64,000 nucleotides of DNA from a virus. The stretch lies in IMG/VR virus record IMGVR_UViG_3300008119_000006. One strand, 5' to 3'. The position numbers and the translations under genes were made by a program. Below are positions 46,226-55,973 of this stretch, piece by piece. Within the stretch, counting starts at the first letter, position 1. Each line of letters starts with the position of its first letter. Under the pieces are notes generated by a model, which saw only the letters and a program-made list of their open reading frames with translations, ran no database searches and was not told the DNA's origin.

Positions 46226-47107
46226 ATGAGTTTCGCAAATCTAAAACGCCAATCCGGCAACCTCGACAAACTTGCTAAAGCAGTTGAGGCACTCTCCCAA
46301 ACATCCGAAGGTTCTGAAAAGTCCGATAACTATTGGAAACCAGAAGTTGATAAAGCAGGTAATGGCATGGCCACTATCCGTTTCTTACCAGCATCTGAAG
46401 CCGATGGTGAAGATGGTCTGCCTTGGGTTAAAATCTTCTCCCATGGTTTTCAAGGACCTGGTGGTTGGTTAATTGATAATTGTTTGACCACAAAGAATCA
46501 ACAATGTCCAGTATGTGAACACAATTCTACATTATGGAATTCTGGCATTGAAGCGAATAAAGATGTTGTTCGCAAACAGAAACGTAAGTTAAATTATGTT
46601 GCCAATGTGTATATCGTTTCGGATCCTAAACATCCAGAAAATGAAGGCAAAGTGAAATTGTTCCGCTTTGGTAAGAAAATCTTTGATAAGATTACTGAAG
46701 CAATGAATCCACAGTTTGAAGATGAATCACCAATCAATCCATTTGATATGTGGAAAGGTGCTAACTTCAAGTTGAAGATTCGTAAGGTAGAAGGTTATCA
46801 GAACTATGATAAGTCAGAGTTTGATTCACCAACTGCTCTATTAGATGATGATGCAGCATTAGAGAAAATCTGGAAGTCAGAGTTCTCTTTGAATGAATTG
46901 ACTGCTGGTAAAGAGTTTAAATCTTATGATGAGTTGAAGCAACGCCTCGACAAAGTTCTTGGTTTGAATGGTGAAGTAGTTGCACCAAAGACAACCGTAG
47001 AAACTATTAAAGAGCAAGTTCGTACTGCTCCTAAGTCAGTTGAACCAAAGATTCATGAAGATGATGATGATATGTCTTATTTTGCCAAGTTGGCAGAAGA
47101 AGATTAA
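46226..47107 (+). CDS. gp32: single-stranded DNA-binding protein gp32
   Basis: WKPEVDKAGNG.A.IRFLP, HGFQG, CPVCE, YDKSEF, acidic tail YFAKLAEED. Confidence 0.96.
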   Translation: MSFANLKRQSGNLDKLAKAVEALSQTSEGSEKSDNYWKPEVDKAGNGMATIRFLPASEADGEDGLPWVKIFSHGFQGPGGWLIDNCLTTKNQQCPVCEHNSTLWNSGIEANKDVVRKQKRKLNYVANVYIVSDPKHPENEGKVKLFRFGKKIFDKITEAMNPQFEDESPINPFDMWKGANFKLKIRKVEGYQNYDKSEFDSPTALLDDDAALEKIWKSEFSLNELTAGKEFKSYDELKQRLDKVLGLNGEVVAPKTTVETIKEQVRTAPKSVEPKIHEDDDDMSYFAKLAEED

Positions 47108-47126
47108 GTTTTCCCATGTGTGTACG

Positions 47127-47150
47127 AACCCCGCTACGGCGGGGTTTTTT
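47127..47150 (+). terminator. intrinsic terminator between convergent operons
   Basis: AACCCCGC-TACG-GCGGGGTTTTTT. Confidence 0.88.
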
Positions 47151-47155
47151 ATTGG

Positions 47156-48598
47156 TTAAGTCGGTCTAAGATTTTGTTTAAGAATTTTTTGAAGTGTGGG
47201 GTCATCAGTACGAACATTTACCGTTGTATCAAGTAGTACGCCTCGGCCTCCAGCACCAACACTATTGACTTTCGTAGAAGCATCTACCACAACATTATGC
47301 ATACCAGCAAACTCAGCATTTTCTAAATTAACATTTTCATCAATCGCTGATTGTACTCTGCTGGTAATAGGATTGGCTTGTGGTGCCTCGGGTGTTGCGG
47401 TTGGAACTGACTGTGATTGACTAGATTCTGGCGAGGTAGACTTAGATATATCTCTACCCATGCTTACCGCACCAATAGCAGTAGATAATGCAGTGCCAAC
47501 AAATGGTACTATTGCAGCTGCACCTTCAGCAAGTTCTAAACCAGCACCAACAACATCACCTTCTTTTAATCTATCATAAGCGAAGTATCCTGCGGCACCA
47601 AGGCCTAATCCAAAAGGAAGTTTTTTAAGTATGGACTTACCGGCGGACTTAGCAGCACCTTTAACACCTGCTTTCTCGGTTTTTTTCTCTATTTCTTTTT
47701 CGGTGGCCTTTTCAACTTTTTTACCGTATTCTTTATCTAAAGCTTTTTCTTGTTCTTTGGTAAATTTTTCTGTTCCTTTTTTAGGTTTTTGTACTTCTTT
47801 ACCTTTTTGGCCAAGTTGACCTATTGCTTTTTCAGCCAGTTTTTTAAGACCTAACATTCCAGCAACAGTAGCTAAACCATTAGTAAGAAATTTGATAGCA
47901 CCCCAAAGTGCTTCTGCAATAGAAGTTATAACTTTTTCAACCATTGCGGCCACATTTTTAAATATATTACCAATAAAATCTAAAAGGTTAAATCCTTCTT
48001 TTTGTTCTTTTATTGGGGTTGCTGTACCACCTCGTTTAGATAAAGCATCCAATAGTTCTTTATGCCATTTTTCTTTTTCTCTATCTTTTTCTTTTTTAAA
48101 GTTTTTTTCAATTTTAAGTTTTTTGCTTTCAGCAATGTACTCAGCCTTCATTAGGTTGTATAACCTTGCCAACACATCAGCAACACCATCACCTTTTCTC
48201 AGTTTTTGTTTTTGGCCATCTGAAACATTGGTGTATAAAGCCGGTTCAATACTGCTTAGTTTACTACCACTAGTTCTTTCATTAATTTGATTCGCTCGGC
48301 CTTGTTTATTTTTCACACCTTTGTTGGCAAAATATTCAATATCTTCTCTTTTGCGGCCAGTTGCACTACCAACTATCGATGACATTGTATTACCCATTAA
48401 CATTCTAACAATGTTTAAGTAATCAAATTTTTCTTTGAATCCCTTACTTCTGGCGGCCATTTTATCTGATATGGCACCAGTAATCGATTTCATTGCGCCA
48501 AATTCTCCACTACTAGCTTTCTCACGAATGAGTTCACCTAATGATTTTTTGTTTACTCTAGAAGCTTGTTGATATGAATTAATGGCCATGTTATGCAC
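47156..48598 (-). CDS. tail-associated (tape-measure/hub-like) protein, paralog 2
   Basis: Helical K/A/G-rich sequence with TM-like segments, downstream of gp26/51. Confidence 0.55.
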   Translation of the reverse strand: MHNMAINSYQQASRVNKKSLGELIREKASSGEFGAMKSITGAISDKMAARSKGFKEKFDYLNIVRMLMGNTMSSIVGSATGRKREDIEYFANKGVKNKQGRANQINERTSGSKLSSIEPALYTNVSDGQKQKLRKGDGVADVLARLYNLMKAEYIAESKKLKIEKNFKKEKDREKEKWHKELLDALSKRGGTATPIKEQKEGFNLLDFIGNIFKNVAAMVEKVITSIAEALWGAIKFLTNGLATVAGMLGLKKLAEKAIGQLGQKGKEVQKPKKGTEKFTKEQEKALDKEYGKKVEKATEKEIEKKTEKAGVKGAAKSAGKSILKKLPFGLGLGAAGYFAYDRLKEGDVVGAGLELAEGAAAIVPFVGTALSTAIGAVSMGRDISKSTSPESSQSQSVPTATPEAPQANPITSRVQSAIDENVNLENAEFAGMHNVVVDASTKVNSVGAGGRGVLLDTTVNVRTDDPTLQKILKQNLRPT

Positions 48599-50051
48599 CC
48601 ATAAAAAGTGGTAAATCTAAATCGCTGCCTGTATGTAATACTTGTGTGGAGGGTCCTGCACCCACATTGTTTATTGTTTGGCTAGTATTTAGAACAATGT
48701 TGTTTGGTTTGGATGTGCCTTTTAAATCTTTGTTTTGAACTGATTGGTTGTTCAATACGGCACCACTTTGTGGAATTGGTGCTACTGTTGATATAGGTGA
48801 GTTGGAAAGAAATAAATCCGCTTCACGGGCTCGTCTGGCTTTTAATACAGGATGAGGCCTGCCTTGTTCGGTAGCAATACCATTTCTAATAATTTCTGAA
48901 GCTTTATTTGTATCTCCCGAATCGATTGCGGTTTTCAAACCTTTTAAACCTTTTAAAGATCCTACATTATAGGCGTAACTAGTTAGTGCAGCTTTTTGAT
49001 TATCATTAAGTTTACTCCAAGTAGAATCACCTAAATCTTTTTTTGCTTGTCCTTCATACTTTGGCATATCCATTTTTAATAATTTTTGTGCCTGCTCTTT
49101 AGTAATGATAGTGTCTATTCCTTTATTACCCAAAATTGGAATTTGTTCGTCACCCGCTTGTATAAAACCTTGTTTGTATTCATCATCTTTAATTTGGTGA
49201 CCATAACCAATTGAAATTTTTCCACCATCAGGATAGGCTTTCTTAGCAAAACCTTCCTCTTTAATAATAAGAGCCATACTACCACCAGCAGCAACTGCAC
49301 CACCTACTGCTAAACTACCAGCACTAAGTGGTCCAGATTTAGATGCTGATGTGCTTGGTGTTTGAATTGTAGGTGTTTCTTTGGTACTTGTTGCTGGTTT
49401 AGTTTCTTCTTTTGGTATTTTATCTACTGTTTCTTTTTTAGGAGAAACCTTAGGTTCTTTTTTAATTTTAATTTTACCTAATTTTGTAGTTTGACTTTTT
49501 TTAATTTGTTCAATTAATTGTTTGTGGCGTCTTTCTTCTTCTTCATGTAATTCTTGCTCAAAGTTTTTTTCTAATTCATAATTAAGTTTATTTTTTTCAT
49601 TATGAGTTTTTACTAAATTAAACAGTTTACCTGCCACATCGGCTACAGAGTTACCTTTACGGAGACCTTCTCTTTGGCCAGATGTTACTGTGGTATAAAA
49701 TGATAAAGACATTGAAGATTTTTTATCGCCTAAGAAATACTTCATAGTATCTTTATTGGCACCAAATGTTTTGCCAAGTAAAGATGCGCCTGTTTTACCA
49801 ACAAGCGATTTAGCGATGTTTAATGGATTGAATTTTTCTTTGATGCCAACTACTTTGGCTTTGAAATTTTCTGATATAGTTTGTTTAAGAGGTTTGCCCT
49901 CTATCGCACCATTTCTGATGTTGGCAAGAAAACCTCTTTCTCGTATTTCTTTAAGGCGCTGACGGTCTGTACCAGTAAGTGGTCGCTTTTGTGCAATTAA
50001 AGCATCCACTTCTTGAAGTTCTTGTAATAGTTCTTCGCTACTCTTTTTCAT
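48591..50051 (-). CDS. tail-associated protein with GH24 lysozyme domain, paralog 1
   Basis: EEGF...AYPD...IGYGH, Q.AAL.S.AYNVG, L..RR..EA.LF. Confidence 0.75.
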   Translation of the reverse strand: MKKSSEELLQELQEVDALIAQKRPLTGTDRQRLKEIRERGFLANIRNGAIEGKPLKQTISENFKAKVVGIKEKFNPLNIAKSLVGKTGASLLGKTFGANKDTMKYFLGDKKSSMSLSFYTTVTSGQREGLRKGNSVADVAGKLFNLVKTHNEKNKLNYELEKNFEQELHEEEERRHKQLIEQIKKSQTTKLGKIKIKKEPKVSPKKETVDKIPKEETKPATSTKETPTIQTPSTSASKSGPLSAGSLAVGGAVAAGGSMALIIKEEGFAKKAYPDGGKISIGYGHQIKDDEYKQGFIQAGDEQIPILGNKGIDTIITKEQAQKLLKMDMPKYEGQAKKDLGDSTWSKLNDNQKAALTSYAYNVGSLKGLKGLKTAIDSGDTNKASEIIRNGIATEQGRPHPVLKARRAREADLFLSNSPISTVAPIPQSGAVLNNQSVQNKDLKGTSKPNNIVLNTSQTINNVGAGPSTQVLHTGSDLDLPLFMGA

Positions 50052-50245
50052 TTACCTTTTTGTCTTTGCTTAATTTTTTCGTTTTCTTGTTCAATATATT
50101 GTATAAGCATAGTAACGTAAATATCTCTTTCCCACGGAATCATATTTTCAAGTTCCGTAAGACTATATTTGTGGTGTTGCATCAAACTAAAATTAGTAGT
50201 GTAGTAATTCTTCAGATTGTCATAACGAAATGTTAGTCGAAAAAA
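50048..50245 (-). CDS. gp51: gp51-like baseplate hub assembly domain (probably expressed by -1 frameshift from gp26)
   Basis: DNLKNYYTTNFSLMQHHKYSLTELENMIPWERDIY...; first in-frame ATG only at 50182. Confidence 0.75.
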   Translation of the reverse strand, partial: FFRLTFRYDNLKNYYTTNFSLMQHHKYSLTELENMIPWERDIYVTMLIQYIEQENEKIKQRQKGK

Positions 50246-50973
50246 CTGTCTAAGCCTTCGACTTCAATGGAATGGTCATAACCACACTTGCCACACTTCA
50301 TTTCAATCTTTTTGTTTAACTTTGGCAAATTCTCAAAAAATTGTTCAATCTGTGCAAACTGTTCCTGATTCAATGATTCCAAAAAATCATTCAATTCTTT
50401 TTTGGTACTCTCTTTGGCATAATAGTATTGTTGGCCATCATAGATATGTTCGATACTATTAATAATCATATCAAATGCCATATCAGTTACATTATTGGTT
50501 TTTGCAACCGATTCCAACACAGAGAACTCTGGATACTTTAATTTGATACTAATTGTGTTGGTTAAATTAATAATCTCTTTTGTGGCCCCCATCTCAACTT
50601 GAATATCCAAAAGATTAATTTTGGTTTTCATAGAATTACCACATGGTGTTGGGTCTGTGCGATCCTCTAATTGAACCATGTTCTCACAACGATAGTTGCT
50701 TTCTACAATTTCACCAACAGAACGGGCTCTCAAATTTAAGAAATAAAACTCAACATCAATAATTGGTAACGAATCAATATCAACATTTTCAGTCAAAGTA
50801 CAATTGTGTAACACTTGACGAATATTTTTTTCAATAGTTTGTCTATCGTCTGATTCCAAAGCCATCATTAAGTTACGTTGTTCTTTAACCAAAAACGGTC
50901 TAAATCGAATGTGTTTCTTGGATAATGGTAAATCTATTTCATACACTGGTGCATCAATTTTTGGTAAAGCCAT
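50233..50973 (-). CDS. gp26: baseplate hub assembly protein gp26-like
   Basis: MALPKI..P.Y...LP, RPFLVKE, LRARSVGE, CGKCG, EGLDSFF. Confidence 0.88.
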   Translation of the reverse strand: MALPKIDAPVYEIDLPLSKKHIRFRPFLVKEQRNLMMALESDDRQTIEKNIRQVLHNCTLTENVDIDSLPIIDVEFYFLNLRARSVGEIVESNYRCENMVQLEDRTDPTPCGNSMKTKINLLDIQVEMGATKEIINLTNTISIKLKYPEFSVLESVAKTNNVTDMAFDMIINSIEHIYDGQQYYYAKESTKKELNDFLESLNQEQFAQIEQFFENLPKLNKKIEMKCGKCGYDHSIEVEGLDSFFD

Positions 50974-50997
50974 TTTATTTTCACTCCATATTAAAAA

Positions 50998-51681
50998 TTA
51001 ATCAAAATCTCTGTTAGCTTGGCTGCCATTCAAACTATTTCTATCTCTAAAAACATTTGTCAAATCAGCTCTATTTGGAATTTGTGTTGTAAAATCATTA
51101 ACTCCGGCAGCAATTTCCGATGTAATAGATTGCAACAAACTGGAACCCAATGCTTGAATTGAATTGTTTTGCCAGTATGTGTAAGCAAACACCACGGTTA
51201 ATTTATGGTACGCATCTGATGACCAATCCAAATCTAATTGATTTACTGAAATAGGAAATGCATCAATCAAATTAACAGAATATATTTTTTTATTCTGCTG
51301 GTCGTACTGATTAACTTGTAGTGTTGATATGTAATCTGATTTGTATCTAAAGTCAAACTTGTAAGACGGATTGATATATTCCATCCAAGCATCAAAGAAT
51401 AACTTTTCTTCCATACTTTCTGAAACAATGAATGTCATGGTGATATCATTGTATTGAGATTGATATGGATGTTTTTCGGTTGGATTGGTACCAAACTTTT
51501 GTTCCGTTGTGGCAAATGTTCTACTTGGTAATTCGGTAGATTCACAGCGCAATGATAAAGTTCTGCCAGTATTTCGGTAAGGAAACAAAGTTAGTGGTAC
51601 GGGAATGTTTACATCAAACCGATTGGGTTTGGCCAAATCTTTTACAAAACTGGCACGAAAATCGTTTAAGCTACTAGGCAT
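50998..51681 (-). CDS. tail tube initiator / tube-like protein (gp54/gp19 family)
   Basis: LAKPNRF.V, CE...LP, FFD.W, L.DAFPIS...LDW, V.FAY.YW. Confidence 0.75.
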   Translation of the reverse strand: MPSSLNDFRASFVKDLAKPNRFDVNIPVPLTLFPYRNTGRTLSLRCESTELPSRTFATTEQKFGTNPTEKHPYQSQYNDITMTFIVSESMEEKLFFDAWMEYINPSYKFDFRYKSDYISTLQVNQYDQQNKKIYSVNLIDAFPISVNQLDLDWSSDAYHKLTVVFAYTYWQNNSIQALGSSLLQSITSEIAAGVNDFTTQIPNRADLTNVFRDRNSLNGSQANRDFD

Positions 51682-52277
51682 TAACTTTTCCTTATTTCAT
51701 TTACTGATTCTTGCCATACTTTCTGTGGTTTAGCACCTTTAAACAGTTGAGTAGGTAAGAAAATTGCCACTTCCCACTCTTGTGGTTCAATGGTAAGTAT
51801 TTTTGACCTTATTTGGCTAAATAAGTATCTTTTAATACACGGCCTAAACTCTCTAAACCGTCTGGAGGCCGTCAATATATCATAGGTGATGCGTAACCTT
51901 GCTGGATTATCTTCATCGTCTAGGATGGCGTAATTTAACAGTTTGTCTAAAAATGCCACTCTGTACTTAATTGGTAAATAATGTAGGTTTAATCCTAAAA
52001 ATCCATCATCATATTTTTCCAATATTAATACCAAAGGAAAACGGTCATAATAAGGCATATCTGCCTTACCTTTTGGATCGTAAAAAAATTGGTATAATCT
52101 ACCTTTAAATAATCTTCTAGTTTGTCTAAACCTTTCATTAGCAATAGTTCTTGGAATTAATGAAGGATTTCGTAATTCATTAATTTTTTTCAAGAGCCAT
52201 TGATATGATTCTCTGGACATCTTTTGCATTTGAGCTGCAGATAGTTGTTGTGTGAGCAGTGTAAGTTTAGAGGCCAT
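51681..52277 (-). CDS. gp2: DNA end protector gp2
   Basis: YDPK....PYYDRFPL, GLNLHYLP, CIKRYL, VW.ES. Confidence 0.9.
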   Translation of the reverse strand: MASKLTLLTQQLSAAQMQKMSRESYQWLLKKINELRNPSLIPRTIANERFRQTRRLFKGRLYQFFYDPKGKADMPYYDRFPLVLILEKYDDGFLGLNLHYLPIKYRVAFLDKLLNYAILDDEDNPARLRITYDILTASRRFREFRPCIKRYLFSQIRSKILTIEPQEWEVAIFLPTQLFKGAKPQKVWQESVNEIRKS

Positions 52278-52285
52278 AACGTTAT

Positions 52286-52723
52286 TTAGTTGATTCCTAG
52301 GTGATGTTCAGTAAGAATTTTAAACTCCCAACCACGGTCAGCACAGAATTCTTCAGCCGCCTTCCATTTGGCTTGGTTCACCCCCCACGCCACCACTTCG
52401 TTTATGTATTGTTTAGTGATACGTTTTTTTTGTTGTGGTTCTTTGGTTTGTTTGTCTGGTTTAACTTCAATCATCATTGTTTTGAATTTATTGTCTTTGG
52501 TTCTTACTTTAGCAATAAAGTCTGGAAAGTAACGGTGCCATTTGCCATCAACAGGAGATTTGTAAGGAACAATGAGTTCTTCTGATTGCCATGATATAAC
52601 ATCGGAATTACGGTCAAGCCAATCCATCACCTTTACTTCCCATGAAGAACGGTAGATGATGTTGGTGTGGTCTCCAACATATTTTTGAGGGTATTTTGGT
52701 GTGAATCGTCCTGAATAAGCCAT
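52286..52723 (-). CDS. gp4: head completion nuclease gp4
   Basis: KY.GD..NIIYRSSWE, HRYFPDF, EVKP, NQAKWKAA, ILTE. Confidence 0.92.
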   Translation of the reverse strand: MAYSGRFTPKYPQKYVGDHTNIIYRSSWEVKVMDWLDRNSDVISWQSEELIVPYKSPVDGKWHRYFPDFIAKVRTKDNKFKTMMIEVKPDKQTKEPQQKKRITKQYINEVVAWGVNQAKWKAAEEFCADRGWEFKILTEHHLGIN

Positions 52724-52730
52724 ATAAATA
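52723..52730 (+). promoter_or_regulatory. T4 late promoter
   Basis: Perfect TATAAATA upstream of gp48. Confidence 0.75.
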
Positions 52731-52761
52731 CTATGTATATTTCAATTTAAAGAGTTAATCA

Positions 52762-53919
52762 ATGGCCGTAATCTCCATACCAACATCAGTCGCTGGCGTT
52801 TCTCTACCTGGCCCCCTAGGTCAAATTGCTAAAGGTCCACTTGCCGCTTTGTATGGTGGCAAAGGAGTACAAACCTTAAAGTATCCTTCTGACCTTGCTA
52901 CTGATGCCACTAAAAATCATTATGTACAATTTTCAATTAAAGAAGTTATACCCGCTGGGTATTCAACAACAGGACCAACAACTCCTGGCCAAAGCATCAA
53001 TCTTAATGGTATTGCTCAGGCAACAGGAGCTATTGGTGAAGCAATAAGTAATGGAATTAAAAGTGCCGCTAGTGGTTCTTCTGAAACTACACAAGAATTA
53101 ATTGGACGAGCCACAGAGGGAATTGGTGATGGTTATAAAAAAATTGGTGAATATATTCCCACCTCATTACAAATTTCACCCACAACAACACAAGCGAAAG
53201 CATATATTTCTTTATATATGCCAGATACATTAATGGCACAGTATTCAGCCGACTGGCAAGAAATGAGTTTAGGTGATATGGGCACAGGAATATCTACATT
53301 AAGGATGATTGACCAATTAGCCACTAATGCAGGACAACAAGGAACTTTTACCTCTGGAGATTTAGGAAAAAGTTTAGGTAATTTAGCATCAACAGATCCA
53401 GCAGTTACAGCAACAGTTGCAAACTTATTGGGTGCGAGTGGTATTGGTAGTAATTTAATTGATGCTAAAGTGATTGGTGACGTTATATTAAAAGGCCAAG
53501 GTTATGCAATTAACCCACAATTGCAGATGATTTTTAGAGGTGTTGGTTTTCGTAGTTTTCAATTATCTTTTATGTTTACTCCAAAATCTTTGGAAGAATC
53601 TACTGAAGTTGACGATATTATTAAAACATTTAAATATCATTTTTCGCCTGGATTTGAAGCCGGCAAAACCGATTCAACACAAAGTATGTTTTTGACTTCG
53701 CCTTCAATATTTAATGTACAATTCAAAATTGGCCAAAACGAAAATCAGTATACACCAAAATATGGTGATTGTGTTTTAACTGATATTGACGTTAATTATG
53801 CACCAAATGGTTTTGCTGTACATGAAAACGGTGCGCCAGTACAAACAACACTCAATTTAACATTTAAAGAAATTGTTATTGTTGATAGAGATAAAATTGC
53901 TAAAGGAACTTTAAGATAA
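52762..53919 (+). CDS. gp48: baseplate tail-tube cap gp48
   Basis: L.YP.DL, I.LYMP, NPQ....F.G..FRSF...F.F.PKS..E, LTF.E. Confidence 0.82.
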   Translation: MAVISIPTSVAGVSLPGPLGQIAKGPLAALYGGKGVQTLKYPSDLATDATKNHYVQFSIKEVIPAGYSTTGPTTPGQSINLNGIAQATGAIGEAISNGIKSAASGSSETTQELIGRATEGIGDGYKKIGEYIPTSLQISPTTTQAKAYISLYMPDTLMAQYSADWQEMSLGDMGTGISTLRMIDQLATNAGQQGTFTSGDLGKSLGNLASTDPAVTATVANLLGASGIGSNLIDAKVIGDVILKGQGYAINPQLQMIFRGVGFRSFQLSFMFTPKSLEESTEVDDIIKTFKYHFSPGFEAGKTDSTQSMFLTSPSIFNVQFKIGQNENQYTPKYGDCVLTDIDVNYAPNGFAVHENGAPVQTTLNLTFKEIVIVDRDKIAKGTLR

Positions 53920-54285
53920 TGTTATATTTTAATACCTTACCAAAAATTCTAACTAACGACAATAAAAATAATGCTATTGTTTTAACTAATCTTTTGGCAA
54001 GAGCGGAACTTGTACAAAATTTAATGACAAACCCTCTAATGTTTTATGAATATAATATACAAGATGGTGATACACCAGACATTGTTGCTTCCAAATATTA
54101 TGGCGATTCATATCGTTATTGGTTGGTTTTGTTTTCAAATCAAATATTAGATCCTTACAAAAGAGGCTGTTAACATATATGATTGGGAAGTTGAACAAAA
54201 TGAATCAAAAAGAACTATTAAATTAATAAATGCAATTTATGCACCGCAATTTGAAAGTCAACTTAAATCATTAATGGGTACATAA
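53919..54285 (+). pseudogene. gp53: baseplate wedge gp53, frameshifted/internally deleted
   Basis: N-half (DGDTPD.VA.KYYGD..RYWLVL..N.I.DP) stops at 54173; C-terminal IYDWE.E.NESKR.IKL in another frame 54157-54285. Confidence 0.75.
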
Positions 54286-54286
54286 A

Positions 54287-55660
54287 GTGGCGGACATATC
54301 TTCTTCAGCACCAACGCCAGCTGGTGTATCTTATCCAAAAGACTATGCGTTAATAAATCTTACCTTACTATCAGCATCCAATAGTATGGACATGAAAAAT
54401 TTATTGACCGAATTATCATATCAAGAAGATTTGTTTAATAATACAGCGTCAGGTTATCTGATGGTTGTTGATTCTATGGGTTACATTGAAACATTAAACC
54501 TTACCGGTAATGAATATCTGCGGATGACATTTGGTAAAACCAATCAAAATTCTAACTGGATTGATAAAATATTCCGTGTTTATAAAGTAGACAAAAGGCG
54601 ACCAGAAGGTAAAGGCGATACAGAATCTTATTCTTTGTATTTTTGTTCTGAAGAAATGTTATTGTCTGAACAATATAAAGTAAGTAAATCATATCGTGCC
54701 AAATCTATTTCAGATAATGTTATTGATATTTTAGAAAATTATTTAAAAGTACCAAACAAAAAAATTGCTCAAATTGATTCAACCTATGGCATATATGATT
54801 TTGTTATACCAACAATAAAACCATTTGATGCAATTAATTATATGGCGGGGTATGCCAGACCACAACCAGACAAACCTGGTGCTGATATGTTGTTTTATGA
54901 AAATAAGTTTGGTTTTAATTTTAGGTCAATTCAATCTATGATGAAAGAACCTGTTTTTTATAATTACAGTTATGATCCAAAAAATATAGATAATGCCACA
55001 TATGATTTAAATAAACGAATACATAATGTTACGACATATGAAATTTTAAATTCTTACGATTCATTGGGAGCAATTAATTCTGGTATATTTGCCAATAAAT
55101 TAATATCTGTGGATCCAGTCACAAGACGTTATAAAGAAACTAACTTTGATTATGCTGGTTATATTCAGGAAGCCACGATGTTAAACGAACATCCAATCAC
55201 CAATACATTTAAAAATAGATTTGGTGAAGGAGTTAACCAAACTCCAGAAGCAGTAACAAAATTAATATTCTCAAATTTTGAACAAAATTTAGTACCTTAC
55301 ATTGCTGAGCAAGGACCTGATTCTGTTGGTAAAGACATTTATGCTGAAACTTACATACCATATAGAACAGCACAGTTAGCATTGGCAAATTATACAAGAG
55401 TTAAAATTTCTGTACCTGGAGATCCTGGTCTTACTATTGGTACAAACCTTAACTTGTCTTTATTATCTAAAAATCCTAACAACAAAGAACCTGATCCGTT
55501 TTATTCAGGAAAATATTTAATTACAGCAGTTCGTCACATGATTACAATGAATGAATACAAAACTGTGCTTGAAATTACAAAAGAAAGCACAACTAAACAA
55601 TATGCTTCACCAGATAACAATTCTGCTCTGTGGCAGAATACGGTTAAAGGAATTGCATAA
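54287..55660 (+). CDS. baseplate hub protein (gp27-like)
   Basis: ED.F.....G, L.G.E, FYEN..GF.F.S, VPGD, SGKYLITAVRH; between gp53 and gp5. Confidence 0.7.
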   Translation: MADISSSAPTPAGVSYPKDYALINLTLLSASNSMDMKNLLTELSYQEDLFNNTASGYLMVVDSMGYIETLNLTGNEYLRMTFGKTNQNSNWIDKIFRVYKVDKRRPEGKGDTESYSLYFCSEEMLLSEQYKVSKSYRAKSISDNVIDILENYLKVPNKKIAQIDSTYGIYDFVIPTIKPFDAINYMAGYARPQPDKPGADMLFYENKFGFNFRSIQSMMKEPVFYNYSYDPKNIDNATYDLNKRIHNVTTYEILNSYDSLGAINSGIFANKLISVDPVTRRYKETNFDYAGYIQEATMLNEHPITNTFKNRFGEGVNQTPEAVTKLIFSNFEQNLVPYIAEQGPDSVGKDIYAETYIPYRTAQLALANYTRVKISVPGDPGLTIGTNLNLSLLSKNPNNKEPDPFYSGKYLITAVRHMITMNEYKTVLEITKESTTKQYASPDNNSALWQNTVKGIA

Positions 55661-55965
55661 TGTCTAAAATGATTAACAACTTTGCCGGCCTAAATGGTTT
55701 TGTTTGGTGGGTTGGAGAAGTAGAAAATAGAATTGATCCGTTAGGATTGGGTCGTTGTCAAGTTCGTATCTTTGGTTGGCATACACAAAATAAAGAATTA
55801 ATTCCATCTGAAGATTTACCTTTTGCGCATCCGTTATACCCAATAAATAATTCGAAATCGTTTTCTGCACCAATGGTAGGAGATTGGGTTGTTGGATTCT
55901 TTATGGATGGAGAATCAGGACAATTTCCTATAATGTTTGGTGTAATGCCTGGACTTAAACAATAG
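55660..55965 (+). CDS. gp5: gp5 N-terminal OB-fold module
   Basis: WWVGEVENRIDPL.LGRCQVRIFG.H, LPFA, G.WVVGFF.DGE..Q.PI.FG. Confidence 0.85.
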   Translation: MSKMINNFAGLNGFVWWVGEVENRIDPLGLGRCQVRIFGWHTQNKELIPSEDLPFAHPLYPINNSKSFSAPMVGDWVVGFFMDGESGQFPIMFGVMPGLKQ

Positions 55966-55973
55966 GAATTAAA

